Position numbers and translations under genes: made by a program. Of a DNA stretch of 64,000 bases, positions 49,915-63,734 are shown in pieces. Within the stretch, counting starts at the first letter, position 1. Every line of letters begins with the position of its first letter. Below the pieces are notes generated by a model, which was not told where the DNA came from, did not search any database, and saw nothing but the letters and a program-made list of their open reading frames with translations. Source of the DNA: Vicugna vicugna (taxonomy: Eukaryota); assembly GCA_013265495.1 (NCBI GenBank), contig MU061578.1, forward strand, positions 2,055,308 through 2,119,307, written 5' to 3'.

Positions 49915-51180
49915 CTTTTTGACAAATGGTGCTAACATGACTGAACACCATGGGGGAAAAAAGAACTTTAACCTAAATATCACATCTTAGATCAAAACTA
50001 ACTTAAAATGGATCACAAACTTATGTGTAAAATTTTAAAGTATAAAATGTTTTGAAAAAATCTAGGAGAAAATCTTTGTGATCTGGAGCTAGGCAAAGAT
50101 TTTGTAGACTTAAAAATAAAAGCATAATCCGTAATAGAAAAAAATGATAAATTGGACCTCCTCAAAATTAAAAACTTTGGTTCTGCAAAAGATTTTATAA
50201 AGAGGATAAAAAGACAATTTAAAGATTGGGAGGAAATATTTACAAACCATGTATCTGACTAGTGAATAATATCTGTAATATACAAAGAGCTCAAAACTCA
50301 AAAGGAAAAGACAGCAATCCAGTTAAAAAAATGGGCAGAAGATGTGAAGGACATTTCACCAAAGAGGATACACAGACAGCCCATAAGAACATGTAAAGAT
50401 GTTCAGCATCATTAGCCATCAGGGAAATGCAAACCAAAACCATAATAAGATAAAACCACAACCTACAAGAGTGGCAAACAATTTAAAATGAATAACAGTA
50501 ATGACAATATCAAATTCAAGGATGTGGAGAAGCTGGGATTGTCCAATGGTACAAGCGCTCTAGAAAACATTTTGGCAGTGCCTTATAAACTAACATGCAG
50601 TTGCGACTCAGTCCAGCAAGTGCACTCTTGGGTGTTTCCCAGAGAAATAAAGGCTTTATGTTCACAGGAAAACCTGTACACAAATGCTCTTATCAGCTGT
50701 ACACACAAAAAGCCCAGATGTCTTTCAACAGGTGATGGTTAAACAATCTGCTACATCCAGACCATGGAATACTATTCAGCAATGAAAAGGAACGAACTAT
50801 TGACACATACAACTTGGATAAACCTGCAGCGAATCATGCTGAGTGAAAAGAGCCAATCCTAAAAGCTCTATATGATCTGATTCCATTGACATGACACTTC
50901 TGAAACGAGAAAATTTTAGAAATGGAGAACAGATGGGTGCTTGTCAGGGTTTTAGGAATGGGGTTGGGAGTGAGAGGGAGGTGAATGTGGTTATAGACGG
51001 GACCCTTGCCACGACAGAATAGTTCATACCTTAAGATGTTATACTGTAGTTTTACAAAACAAAAAAACTGATCATTAGAGGAAAGTGGGTAAAGTATACA
51101 CAGTACCTCTCTCTGTGTATATATTTTATTCAAACTGCATGTGAATCTACAATCATCTCAATAAAATCTTAAGTTGAAAA
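49915..51180 (+). mobile_element. L1MC1-like element: decayed ORF2 3' end plus 3'UTR
   Basis: caaatggtgct...aaatggatcacaaactta...catcattagccatcagggaaatgcaaa...atggaatactattcagcaatgaaaagg...actgcatgtgaatctacaatcatctcaataaaa. Confidence 0.9.
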
Positions 51181-51589
51181 ATATGGAGCGTCTCCTGATA
51201 GAAAAAACCAATTGTTTCCATAAAAAGGAATGCGGCTTGGCTGATACATTGGTGGATACTAGTCTGAAGTCTACATAAAACAGCAGCACAGGCTCCCCTG
51301 ACCTCGTTGTCCCAGATCTGAGAGCTGCCACTGAGCCACCCTCTTCTGCATTGTGGCGTATCTGGCCTTCCGAGTGTCCCCCGGAGGCAGCCAGGTGTTC
51401 CCCTTTCCCCATCGAGCCATCTCAGTAGCTGACTGTGCATTGAGTTCTTGCCTCTGGGGTGTGTGCAGCTGCCTAGAGGTTACAAACAGCTTCCCACTAG
51501 GGCAGGACAGAGGGAGGGGCCACTAAGAGAGCCCTGGGGAGGCCGCTAACCCCGTTTCAGCTGGGAGGCCAGTGGAGCCGTCCCGGGCT

Positions 51590-51900
51590 CTGACACTGGA
51601 GCCAGCCTGCCTGGGTTTGACCTCTGCTACTTAGCAGCCTGCATGGCCTTGGATAATTCCGCTCGCTCCTCACTGCTGCATCTGCAAAATGGGAATAATA
51701 ATAGGAACTAGCTTCTAGGATCGTGGGGAGAGTTGACTGAGTCATTGTGAGTGAAGTGCTTGGCCCTCCACTGACCCACAGTAAACCAGTTCAAGAGGGC
51801 GTTGCCACCATCATCTCACAGGGCTGTTCCAAGAGTGAAGTGATTTGTGTGAACGAAGCCTTTAGCACGGTGCCAGCCCTTCATAAACACTGGGTCTGTA
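51590..51900 (+). mobile_element. MIR plus a partial MIR
   Basis: ctggagccagcctgcctgggtttgacc...catctgcaaaatgggaataataatag. Confidence 0.8.
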
Positions 51901-53114
51901 ACGGCTCACTATTAACACATGGCTGGATGGCAATCTGAGAAATTATTGGATGCGCTCCTCTTTCTCCCTATGGTTTTCTTTTCTTTCCTTCCATTTAAGT
52001 AGCTCATTGCTTCAGGGAAGTCGAGGTTGCTACAGATATTTCCTTAACCGTCTTTCATCTCTAAAAGCACAAGCCTGAATCTGGGGAGAGACAAGTGCAC
52101 CGGGGAAGCAGGAAATAAATGGCGTTTTCCTCTTTTCCGTGAGAAAGGGGACCCTGGCTTGGTGACCCTGGAGGAGGAGGAGGGGAGATGGGAAAGCCTG
52201 AACACCCTAAAGCAGCCAGACCCTGGCCCCCCTACCTCCAAGACTTGCCCCTGTTAGAAACCACTGTTTAGAAAGAACATCCATGACTCAGAAGTGGAAG
52301 AAACAATCTAATCCAATCTAATTCCGGACCTTTTGACCCCCTGGGGGTGGAGAAGCCCCAGGCAGGATGGAAGTTAAGCCTCCTTGAGCCCAGCAGCAGG
52401 AGAGTTCAGGATGAGAAATGAAACTGGGTATAAAGAAGGAGCCGTTTCCTGAGCGCGTGAGCTTATGAGCCACCATCCGTGTCCGCAGCGCCGGCGTTTC
52501 TCACGCAGGGAGTGGTGATCCCAGCGGGGCTGGAAGGCTGCCCGCCTCCTGCCCCACCCCGCCCTCCTCCCTCAACTCGAAAGTCCGCGAGTCAGTGACA
52601 GGCCACCAGCCCTTCTCCCCTCTCTGCACACACTCCTCTGGAGACCGAAAAAGCTCTCTTCAGTGACAGAACCCGATTTCCCCGAGCAAAAGCTCCACCT
52701 CTGCGTGGATGTGCAGGAGCTGTCAGGAAAATGCTCTTCTTCTCACCCACTAGGCTTTTAAAACGACTGAAGTGCCACCCTCCCTAATTACCCAATTCAG
52801 TGGTTCACACAATGGATCTGCCACTTTCTGAGGATTTCTGACATCCCTAATTCCCTGAGGCCTCTCCGAGCTGACAGAAGGCATCTGGGGTAATGGGGGA
52901 GGGGGCTTGGAGCTGGGAGGGGGCAGGCACTTAATTGGAGAGCCAGGGATACAGGTGAGAACTGAAGTTCCACTGTCTCGAATCAGACCCATGGACACCA
53001 GGGCTGGAGTGGACCCAGAGGCCACCTCTGCAACCTTCTTGCTTGACAGATGAGGAAACCTGGGCAGAGACAGAGTCGACCCATCTGAGGACCATCTGGG
53101 ACCATAATCCAGGC

Positions 53115-53690
53115 ATTCATTTATTCATCCATCCATTCTCTCTTGGTTCGTTTAAAGCACTCATTTACCAGACACTGCTGCAACTTGGAGTATCACAGTG
53201 AATATGCACTCATGGTACTTATATCTCGTGGAGGGACAGGAAATGAACATATATTCTGATGGGAAATTCTAAAAGGAATGACATGTCAGGAAAAAAAGGA
53301 GAGAGATGAGGGTTTTTTTTTTTTTTCTCAGACAAGGTAGTCAGGAAAGGCCTCAATGGTGAGATGAAATTTGAACAGAGGACCATTTGAAGAAAATGGA
53401 TCAAGCCATATGGATGGGAGTTTTGAGCAAAAAGAGTGGAGTTTTTAAAATCATGTGCAAAGGCCCTGAGGTGGAAACATACTTGTATACTTGGACTAAT
53501 CCAACAACTTGGCTCCAGTGTGGCTGAAGCTGAGTGGGCTGGGGTGAAGGTTGTAGGATAAGATGTTTTAGGCGGTGTAATGAGGTCAGATGCTGGGGAA
53601 GCCCCTGGTAAGGCCCCTGTCTTTTGTGATCCATGAGATGGAAAATGAAGGGTTTGGAGCAGGGGTGTTGTGTGAGCCAGCATTTCATCG
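53115..53690 (-). mobile_element. L2 3' region
   Basis: cattcatttattcatccatcc...gtcaggaaaggcctc...atgtgcaaaggccctgaggtgg...gggtttggagcaggg. Confidence 0.85.
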
Positions 53691-53722
53691 ATCTCTGCCC
53701 AAACAAAAAATCCTTTTAGATC

Positions 53723-54120
53723 AGAGTTTCTGATCTATGGCCCTATTGACATATGGGGCTGAATAATTTGGGGGGGCAGGGGTCTGTTCTGTGCATTGTA
53801 AGGTGTTTAGCAGCCTCTGGGCCTCTACCCACTAGACCCCAATATCAGTTCTCCAGCTGTGACAACCAAAAATAGCCTTACACATGGTCAAATGTCCTTT
53901 GAGGGGCTACTAGTTGAGAACAACTATTTTAGATCAACACATGACTTTCAGAGAGAAGAAGAAATCCAATCCAGTAGTTTCCACACCTCCTTGCACACTG
54001 GGCAATTCTTTCCCCCAAATATAGATTCAGGGGCAGAACCCTAGATCTACAGAATCAAACTCGCCAGGGTTTGGGCCCCAGGATCTGAATGGAAAACAGC
54101 TCTCTGGGTGTAGGCCCCAG
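53723..54120. mobile_element. MER20 (~53723-53926) followed by a MER5-like fragment
   Basis: ctattgacatatggggctgaataatt...gtgcattgtaaggtgtttagcagc...tgtgacaaccaaaaat...ttgagaacaact. Confidence 0.8.
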
Positions 54121-55279
54121 TGCTCTGGCCAAGTCCTTCTCTCATCCATGTCTCTCCCGCTGCCCCTCCAGAGCGCTGCTGCACCTGTCCTGTTATTCAG
54201 TCCTATGTCTCCTCAAATTGGCCCATTCCATTTACTTAAATACTGATTCTAAAAAGGGAAACTCTGTATCAGTTCTCAAACTGATATCAAAGCTGTGGGA
54301 ACCACTGAGCATCCTGAGAAAATGCCTGAAGCTGGGAGTTGGGGGGGGGGTCCAATTCAAACTTGCAGTGAGCTCGCAGGGAAGCTGCTGGCTTGCAGAC
54401 TGCATGCCACCTTCTCAAACTCTACATCACTTCCACAAAACACAGCAACTAGTTTTAAAAAGCAAGGACAAAGCCATATTACATTGCAGGGGGATGCTGT
54501 TGCCCACCAAAGCTCTTGAGTCTGAGGTCTGTCCCCTCCGGTGCTGAATTGGAGAGCCAGGGATGCAGGTGAGAACTGATTAGCCAGGATTAAAGAAGCG
54601 TTAGACACACAGGATTATCTAACTACGTTCCATCCTTGGGGCCACCAGAAGAACCAAAAGGGAATGAAACTTTCTCCTATTATTAAATGCAATTTAGTGC
54701 CAGGTCTATGTCCCACCAAAAATCATCCCAATACCTTCCACAAACACCCCATAGGTGCCTCACCTCTGAGAAATGGTGATCTTGTCCACCTCTCCCCGTG
54801 GTCTACAAGTCGCTGCTCACTGCCCCATGAGGAGCTTGTGAAAACTGTGACCAGCACTAGGGTCTCCTGCCTGTCACGCTAAGACCAGAGTAAGCATTTC
54901 CTCTTCCAAGGTCTGGAGACCACAGAGGTCCTGAGGCTCCCCACCTACTTATGCCGCCTGCGTGTCCAGCCCATTTCACCGGAGCCAGGTCTGGGGAGTC
55001 ACTACTGGGCATCGCTGTACTGCCCTGAGGAATATCGCCGCTCTGCAAGCCAGGGCCTGGCTGCAGATCCTGCGGGTGGGAAGCAGTCGATTTCGAGAGG
55101 CACTCACTTAACCAGGGGACAGGCAAATGGTGGTAGGAGGCACGAAAGCATTTTAACACTTGACCTTTATGTCTCAAGCTAAATAAACAGAATGGGTTCA
55201 TGACGGCTGAGGCTTCCCTGTCCTGCCTTTCAGGGAGAAATGTCTGCTGGGAGAAAGAAGTCAAAGTTCCTAGAAGAAA

Positions 55280-55500
55280 GTTCCACTGTGGGTGGGGCCC
55301 TCGGTTAAATGCCCCGTCACAGTCTGAGTTTGAGCCCCAGCTCCGCCACTTGTCACCTGGGTATGTGACTTAATCTCCCTGCACCTTAATTTCCTCAGTG
55401 TGAAACTTACCTGAAGGAAAGTGAGGGTTAAATGGGGGAGGAGGGATGCATATAAAGCACCTTCACAAAATAAGTGCTCCGTTAATTAGCTAGGATGGTG
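55280..55500 (+). mobile_element. MIR
   Basis: ctgagtttgagccccagctccgccactt...gacttaatctccctgcaccttaatttcctca. Confidence 0.75.
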
Positions 55501-56619
55501 TTAGACCCTCAACAGTCAGTAGTCAGGCACCAAATGAATGTTTCCTCTCTCAGAAGAAACAGGAGGAAAGAAAATAAATGTGGACTGTTGCTGTCAAGAG
55601 GGTTATATTGAAATCTGATGGCGACGTCTGCTAACACAGATGAGGAAGGTGGGTGGGGTAGGCATCTGCCTGTATCTGCCTCTCTTGGCTGGAGGTCCTG
55701 CTGGACCCTCGGCATCGTTGCTGGGGGGCTCTTTTCTAACTTTCTGCGCAGTTGAGATTGGGCAGCTGAGCCTGTTTCTGAAGCAGCAGCTGGTTTCTCC
55801 TCTCCACCAGTGTTCTCCCCTCTCATAATAAGCAGCAGCCTGGTAGCTGTTCGCAGAAGCTGGAGGCTGTTTCCAGGGCCAAAGGTGAGCTTACAGTCAC
55901 CTGGTCGCCATGGAAACCGAAGCGTCGTCATGTCATGCTCTCTCCAGAGTGACTTGGCAGGGCCCTGAGTACGTGTCTCTCCATTTCAAACTAATCTCCC
56001 CCGCACAGGTTTCCCTGGAGGAGCAGAAGCAGGGACAGCAGGGACCAGGCTCCCACACTGACCACCGAAGGTGGGGCAGGGTCTCATGGAAGTACCTGCA
56101 CAGTGCGCTGGCCTGTGAGAACCTACAGATGCCTCCGGGGTCCTCCTGAGAGACAGACCTTCTCCAGAGTTATGAGTGTCTGCAGAGGGGCAGCAAGGAA
56201 CAAGCAGCTAGTGTTTTCCAGAGTCCCCGGAGTTTTTAGAAGGTACAGTAATGTTGGTGCGGCCCATGCAACACCACTGCAAAGGAGCTCAGTCTAGTCC
56301 ACTGGGTCTCAGACTCCAGCTCACAAGAAAATTGCCTGGGATGCTTGCTGCAGGCCAGATTCCTGTACTGTGACACCAGGGATTCCGATGCACGGGTTTG
56401 AGGAGGCCACGGGATATGTGTTCCCAACCCTCCCCTCCCTGGGTGATCCTGATAAAAGGTGATCACTGCTCACACTTTTGAGAGGCACAGGGGTCAGAGG
56501 AAGGAGAGAAAGAACTCAAGCTTTAGCAGTCCTGAGTCCTGTCCCCATTCTCCAGCTAATTTGCTTTATTGTCTTGACCAAGACCTTAATGGCCTTAATA
56601 AGAGAATTGGGTCAAATTC

Positions 56620-56890
56620 GCATTTCCCAATGGTATTCTAAGGGATGTCACTCCCAATACTCTTAAAAAGCCGAATAGTTTGGGAAGTGATATTTATTCT
56701 ACCCTTCTCTAGGATGCGCATAAATTGCTTTAGCCTGTTAAAGGCCCTAGTAAGTCCTGCAGTGTAAAAGTCTGAGTTTTTTCAACCCAATGTTTTCCTA
56801 ACTTATGTGCCCACAGAAGTCTTTTTATTTTCTTTTATACTACTTGTTAATAACAATCTCCAAGGATACCTGATTTGGTGAATGGTGGGC
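56620..56890 (-). mobile_element. MER103C-like hAT element
   Basis: tagtttgggaa...ttaaaggccctagtaagtcctgcagt...aacccaatgttttcctaacttat. Confidence 0.7.
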
Positions 56891-57999
56891 TAGAAAATAA
56901 TGTACATTAATAGTTAATTTTGACTGAGTTATTACTACATGTCAAGCACATAGATCATCTCTTTGAATCACAACTGTTCTGCTCAAAGCAACACAACTAA
57001 CAAATTTGCAGAACCTGGACCCTCACCTAAGTATTCCAACGCTGACCTTGAATTATGCTAGGAGCTACTCAAACATTGGCAAGAGCAGTGATGATGACAT
57101 TAGGGCTTCTCCTCTGGAGTTAATCACAGATAAAGCAGCTTTCTGAACTCGGGAAATGTCAGCAGACATTGGGAAAAAAACAAACTTAGCAGAACGTGTG
57201 AAAACAGATTGCAAAGGGGAAAGTCTGGACCCTGAATTTTCAAGTGCTAAGCCTGAAACTATAAAACAAAGCCCCAACTTTTGGAGTTATCAGCACACTA
57301 GGTTTTTCCCTTTCCTATCACATTAGCTTTTGAGTAATGTTGCAGCCCGGCACCCAACTCCATGATGTATTACATTAATGCATTATCAGAACCAGCTGTT
57401 GCTCTAATGATATGGAAGAAGGATGAAGGGCTCGGGTGATGTATGGCCCCAACGTACTGCGATGGAGGAACAAAGCAGATCCCGCGTAGGATAGCGATGC
57501 TGTTGGAAAGTCGAGATTGATTTATCAGGGGCGTCCCAAGCCAGCATCGGCAAAGAGGAGTCGGTTAGGCTGCTGGAATTTATCAACATAATTATGTGCC
57601 GTGATTTATTAAGCAGCAAACAACAAAGGCATCAAAGACACTTTTTGTTGTTGTTGTTGTTTTGGCTGAACTTATTAAAAAAGAAGAAAACTTTTTTCTC
57701 CCCATAGTTTTGGTTTTTACTTTTAAACGATGAAAGTTCCTCTCCACGAACACATATGAAGGATGAAGCCTTTAAGGAAAGGTAAGCTGTGGGCTGAGCT
57801 GAATCACATTTCGACAGGTGTGTTTCCCTCCATGAAGGGATATAAGCCCTCGCCAAGTCACTCGTGACACCTACCTCTTTGCAGGTCTTAGGGCACCAGG
57901 GGCCAGTGAAATAGCTGAGAGCGGAAAGGAATTTGGAAGGATGGCCACACAGACAAAAAGGATTGAGTGTTTGCTCCATTCCAGCCCCTGGGCCCAGCC

Positions 58000-58470
58000 C
58001 CTGACGCTCATGACCTCATTTTATGTGCATTACGACCCTGTGAGGGAGGAGCTGGTATCATCCCCTCTTACAGGCGAGGAAATCAGGCATTAGTGATGTT
58101 AAACTAATTTAGTCCAAGGTTTCACAGTCAGTAGTGGGGCTGACGAGTAAAACACAGGTTCCCATGAACCCCAGCGCCAGCGCTTTTCATTCGTTCGTTC
58201 ATCTGTCCATCCAGTGAGCATTTCCTGGGCCCTACTAAGCACAAGGTATAGGAGATGCAGTCATAACTGAGACTGGAGAAAACTTGCATGTCTGGAACAT
58301 AATTCTAGTGGAAGAGACCGACCCCTCACCCTCGCCACAAGTGAATGAATGAACAATTGAACAGGCAAATGCACAGAACTACAAACTATACTAAGTGTAG
58401 TAGGTTTTAAGGAAACAGTGTCTTAGAAAATAGCAGGGTGGTGAGCAGAGGTCAGGGAAGAGAGAGTTGT
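58000..58470 (-). mobile_element. MIR followed by an L2 3' end
   Basis: gaccctgtgaggg...ttacaggcgaggaaatcaggc; ttcattcgttcgttcatc...gagcatttcctgggccctact. Confidence 0.7.
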
Positions 58471-59471
58471 TCTGTGATGTAAATTGTACCGCTCTTCACC
58501 ACCAAAGACATGAGAGGTTTTAATCAACACACACCTCTTAGAATCCATCCATGTATTTTCCACTGTCCCCCTTCTTTCATGTACATGCCTAATATCTATC
58601 AGGATGAGTCAAGTTCTACCCATCACTCCTCAACATAGGCAATCACATGTGTCAATAGCATAAGTAGAAAACAATATTCTTAATCTCGTTTCTTTACAGG
58701 GATGATCAGTCAGCCCGTCCACCTGCTGTCACACACCCTGCATGCATCTCAGGATGGCTGATCTGTTGAGAGCTGCTGGAGACCCTGCCAGGGGTTTTCC
58801 CTGTTCTTACATTTTTTTCTGTGCATGTACAAGACTAACAGGAATGATGACTCATGCAAAGCCTTGTTTTTGTCCGTGCAAGAGTTGAGGAAATTGCAGC
58901 TTGTGTTACACAAACTTCTGCAAGCATTCCAAGCCGACCTTCAAGCCAAGAGCAACCTCCTCTGCTATTCAGGCATCCCAGTGGCAGGGGTGTGACAGAT
59001 AACAGAACTTCTGGAGTGGAGAGGCTGAGAACAACATGCAGCCCCATGTGGGGTGGTCACTAGAGAACCAGCACAGCGTAGGCAGTCCTGAGCCAGCTGG
59101 AGGACAAACGATGAAGAAGACACCTTCCCATCTCCTAGTCCATTATCCCCTGGTCCTTTGCCTGATTCCCTGCAGCCAAGTATTCTGGATGCACCATGGT
59201 TACTCTTAGCCAAAGGGTTCACCCTAAGGGCCAACGTCCTTTCACTTCCCCAGAAGCAATCCCATGTTAATGCTTGATGGAATGAATGGTGGATTCTCAA
59301 GCGCTGGACATATAGTGAGGGGCAGTTTTCAAAAAAGGAACTCATCCATCGTGGTTCAGATTATGCCCTAGGGGTGGTCCACTACGTTGTCTAGACTCGG
59401 CTGATTTTGGAATTTGTCATCCATTTGTGGCCCATGGAAATAATATTTGTTCTAGAAATCTACTTAGCAAC

Positions 59472-60007
59472 TGTATTAGTCAGGATTCTCCATAGGAACA
59501 GAACCAATCAAATGTATATATTTAGAAAGAGTTCTATGATAAGGGTTGCTCATGCGATTATGGAAGCTGACAGTCCCAGGATCTGCAGAGTGAGCTGGCA
59601 AGTTGGCAGGGCCCAGAAGAGCCCCCTGTATAAGTTCCAAAGGCCTGAAAATCCAGAAGGACCCATACTGCAGTTCCTGTGTGGAGGCTGGCAGGATTTA
59701 GGAAGAGCTGATGTTGCAGTTTGAGTCCAAAGGCAGGAAAAAGCCCTTGTCCAAGTTTGAACACAGTCAGGCAGCAGAGATTCTCTTTCACCTGAGGATG
59801 GGTCAACACTTTTGTACTAGTCGGGCCTTCAACTGATTGGATAAGGCCCACCCACATTAGAGAGGGCAATCCACCTTACTCAGTTTACCTGAAGAAATGT
59901 TAACCTGACCCAAAAACATTTTCACAGAAACACCCAGAGTAATGTTTGTCTAAATATCTGGATATTCCATGGCCCACACAAGTTGATACAGAAAATTAAC
60001 TGTTACA
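59472..60007 (-). mobile_element. MLT2 (ERVL) solo LTR
   Basis: TGTATTAGTCAGGATTCTCC...aggcccacccacattagagagggcaat...aaaattaactgttACA; 5-bp flanks GCAAC/GAAAC. Confidence 0.9.
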
Positions 60008-61419
60008 GAAACATCATGACAACAAAAGTAATAAATCCTAAATGGTGTGGAGATTGCTTTCCAGATTGCAGAGGTTTTTCATGCAATCTCTTCCAACCCT
60101 GACCAAGGGCAGGCAGCATTAACCCCATTCTACTGTGAGGGGAGCTCTGGCTTCAATAGTTTGATTCAGTAACTTATCTGATGTTCCTTGAGCTGTTCCA
60201 GCAGTAGCAGAGTCTCACATATGATGCTATTCCTAGTTCCCTTAAAACCCAATGATTCTGCATCATCATAAACTTAACCCCCCAGCATGACAGATAATAA
60301 GGCACCAGAGGAAAAAGACCGAGTCACCTTTTTTCATCCTTGAAATCTCCTGAGATCAAGGACTCTCTGCTTCTCCACCCTCACACCTCTTCTATGTGAA
60401 CCCCACAGCTTCCTTTGGCTGAGGACAACTTCCCATTGTCATTTCCTCTCACATGATGGCTTAGAATCAGCTCAGAAATATGGCCTGAGGTCTCTGTTGT
60501 GGCCACTATGATGTCAATTCCTTGAGCAAAGGTATTCAGTATGTCTGTTTCATTGCTCCATCCCCGGAGCCAGCACTGTGCCCAGCACGTAGTGGGTGCT
60601 CAATAAATGTGTTGATGGATAGACAGCTGGACAATGGAGCAGAGAAGATAAATACACAGAGAGGAAAGGCACATACATCCTCGTGTCACCTCACATGGGG
60701 AACCTCCCTCGGTATAGACACTCAGGCAGCCAAGATAAAGATGTCTACTGTGGGACGAGATGGTTCAGGAAAAAACATCTGGGTATAAAACAGACCAGGG
60801 TATGCAGCTTAAGGTGCACTGATAACACACACTTGATAATGCTGACTGTATGTGCGTATGATGGTCCAGCCAATTCCAAGAAAGAATGAAAAATAAATGC
60901 ACAGCAATGTGAATACTAACTGTAGGCATATCTTGCCGTTGCAATGCCAATGTGGCTACAGAGCCATGGGCATCCCAAGCTTTTGCTTTCATTACTGTCA
61001 TGACGGTCAATTTGGTAGGGTCCTTTCCCTAAGAAAGGAAGGAGCCCTATGACACAATGATTTTGTACACGTGAGCCAGGTTCTAATCCGGCTTTAGCTT
61101 TTATAACAGTCATGTAGGTACTAATATGACTTGGTTGGTTCCAAGTCTGTTTTCCCTACAGACTATAAAATTACTCAGGTGACAAGGTTTCTATCTTACT
61201 TATACTTGAGCCATTCATTGGCTGAGGTTGGAACTGTGATTAGTATACAGCAGAAATTTCTGGATTGGAACCTAGAGGATGGTCATTATTTGTAGCCACA
61301 ATACACCCTGATAATCAAGAGAATAGTCTATCTTGGTTTTAATCCCAGATGAATGGCCATGAGTGAGCCACTTACCTTCTGGAGTTTTAGATTCCACATC
61401 AGGAGCATGTAGATAACAT

Positions 61420-62590
61420 TATTAAGAATTCTGGAAATATGGTGGGGGCAGTAACAACACAGCTTCTGATTCTTCCCAAATCCCCACATTAAAAATAGAC
61501 TGAGCAACAAATAAATACAAGTGAAAAACAGACAGCATCAATGACAAATAATAAAGTGTCTATATAATAGAAGCAGGTGGGGACAAACCGTCAACATCCC
61601 TAATGCGCGTGTGCTAGCAGCATCCACGTGGGAGGAAGCAGGAGGCAGGTCATGTGACAGACTCAACAGGAAGAGAACCCCAGTATGACCAGCAGGAATG
61701 TGTGAAGAGACAACCTGAGAACAGCAGCTGAAACTAGGAGGATAAATCTCCACCCAGTAATGGGTGAGTACAATGTATTCCCACTGAGATATGCAGGGGC
61801 AGAAGCGATCCAATCCTAGCAAACCCCCAAAACGCACCAGCCAGGGCTGCTTCCAGGATCATCCCACACAGCGCAGACATTGCTGGAAGCAAGCTGAGAA
61901 AGGACAGCAGAGGTGAAGGAACAACATCCGGATGAAAGTGCCGGGTGGGAAAGAACCAGGAAATCACAGAAAGCAAGCCACAGTCTTTTTAAAACCATGT
62001 GGAAAAATAAAAAGAGAAAAAGAAGGTGGGGGTGTAGATATTTCAGTGGTATAACACATGCTTAGCATGCAAGAGATCCTGAATTCAATCCCCAGGACCT
62101 CCATTAAACAAACAAACCTAATTACACCCCCCCCAAAAAAGAAAAAGATAAAGAAGGAATTCTGTGAGGTTAGAAAGGTCATCTAAAACAAGACTCTAAG
62201 ATTTCATGAAATATAATCTCACATAAAAACGAGCAACAGAAGAGAATCACAGGCATATTTCATACAAATTTATTAAGAGGGAAAAAAAGATAGGATAAAC
62301 AGCCAAGTAAAATCCCTACAGGTAAAAAAAGCCTTGCAGCTAGGTATTGTCAGAAATAAGATCAGCATCATAACCTACTATTTCTAAACATGCCCAAAGG
62401 CAACAATAAAGTGATGTAAGATATGGAGAACAACATAAATCAGCGTTAGAAAAGTTTAGAAAAGAGGTGACAGAATTCAAGAATTATCAAGAAAAGAAAA
62501 ACATAATGTCAGTAACTGAAAAATAAACTAGAAACATCATGAGGGAAAAGAAACATGAAAATAATGCCTCCAGAGAAACAAAAAAAATGT
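61420..62590 (+). mobile_element. Ancient L1/HAL1-like 5'/ORF1 remnant
   Basis: A-rich strand-biased segment with decayed coiled-coil-like ORF1 character; family uncertain. Confidence 0.4.
62028..62145 (+). mobile_element. Vic-type camelid tRNA-derived SINE
   Basis: G-rich head, degenerate A box (tcagtggta), gcttagcatgca, B box-like gaattcaatcccc, tail cctccattaaa...aaacctaattac-C run-A run. This is the basis for the camelid assignment. Confidence 0.85.
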
Positions 62591-62603
62591 TTAAATGCCA
62601 GTG

Positions 62604-62798
62604 TGTAACCACCCAGAGTTCTCTTTTCCCTCTGACCCAGCAGCTGGCAGTGCTGGGGATGTCACCTTGGATCAGCCCCACTGGGAACCCACAATAGACA
62701 CATAATGTGAGCAAGAATGAAACCTTGGCTGTATTAAGCTCTATGGATTCGGAGCTTGTTTGTTATGGCAGCATTGCCTAACCTAAACTGACTGATAC
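62604..62798 (+). mobile_element. MLT1 LTR 3' fragment
   Basis: gtgagcaagaatgaaaccttggctgtattaagc...ttgttatggcagcattgcctaacctaaactgactgatac. Confidence 0.7.
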
Positions 62799-63329
62799 GG
62801 GCATCTGACACATTCCTAGATAAACAGGCAGATTCTTACAAGTCTTTTGAAAGCTGTGATGTATCTTTCAAGCATAAAAATACAATTTCAAATCTGAACT
62901 CACATATATTGTAATTAGCAATACACAATGCAGTGGTAAATGAGTAAAATGCCATTCTCTCTTGACTAATTTAACCCTTTCTAAATTCATGACTCAAGTG
63001 GAGGCAATTACTTCCCAAGCATTAAAAGACCACAATGAGCTAATAAGATCCTTGTGGAGGCCCAAAGCTAAGCTCTATCAGGTAAAAATAATTTCTTTCT
63101 TTCAAGGGAACATATTCACCATTATCATTAACAATAAAATCCCTCACTTCTCATATCTTAGGTTCTGGATTACTGAGAAGGAAATGATACAATTCCTAAT
63201 CTAGAGGTTGGAAAGCAGGGCACACAGATTTTATTACCACTTTTATTACCATCATGATTAATTATAATAGTCACCTTCTACTCTCAGTTAGCCACTGTTC
63301 TGAGTGCTTTATATACAGTAATGAAAATA

Positions 63330-63720
63330 TTTGTTCAGTGATGAATGAATGAATGATGTGGGGTTTGAAAAGGGTTTTAAAGGAAACACAGCATTTATAC
63401 CAGTGGAGACAAAAGGGTGAAGACATTGTAGTCAGAGGGGATGGTACAAATAGAACAAGGGAGATGGGGATTACATGCCACATAAAGAGAAAGTGAATAA
63501 GCATCTTTGGCAGGAAATGGAATTTAGACTTAATCTTCTAGATAAAGAGGATCCACGGAAAGCTTTAGACCAGGGCTGGGATGACAAAGCACTCTTCAAA
63601 GAAAACTATCCTAGCTGCTGTACAGGATAAAGATTAGAACAGAAGGAGACAGGAGTCAGGGAGACAAAATAGGAGACTGTTGCAAAAGTTCAGCCTTAAT
63701 GGGATATGAGCCTTGCCAAA
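63330..63720 (-). mobile_element. L2 fragment
   Basis: aggaaatggaatttagact...gacaaaataggagactgttgcaaaagttcag. Confidence 0.6.
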
Positions 63721-63734
63721 GAGTTAGGTGTAAA

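Noticed and set aside
49915..51180. Functional L1 ORF2
   Set aside because: 5'-truncated with many stops and frameshifts.
62028..62105. tRNA gene
   Set aside because: Degenerate A/B boxes followed by a SINE body and A-rich tail; it is a tRNA-derived SINE.
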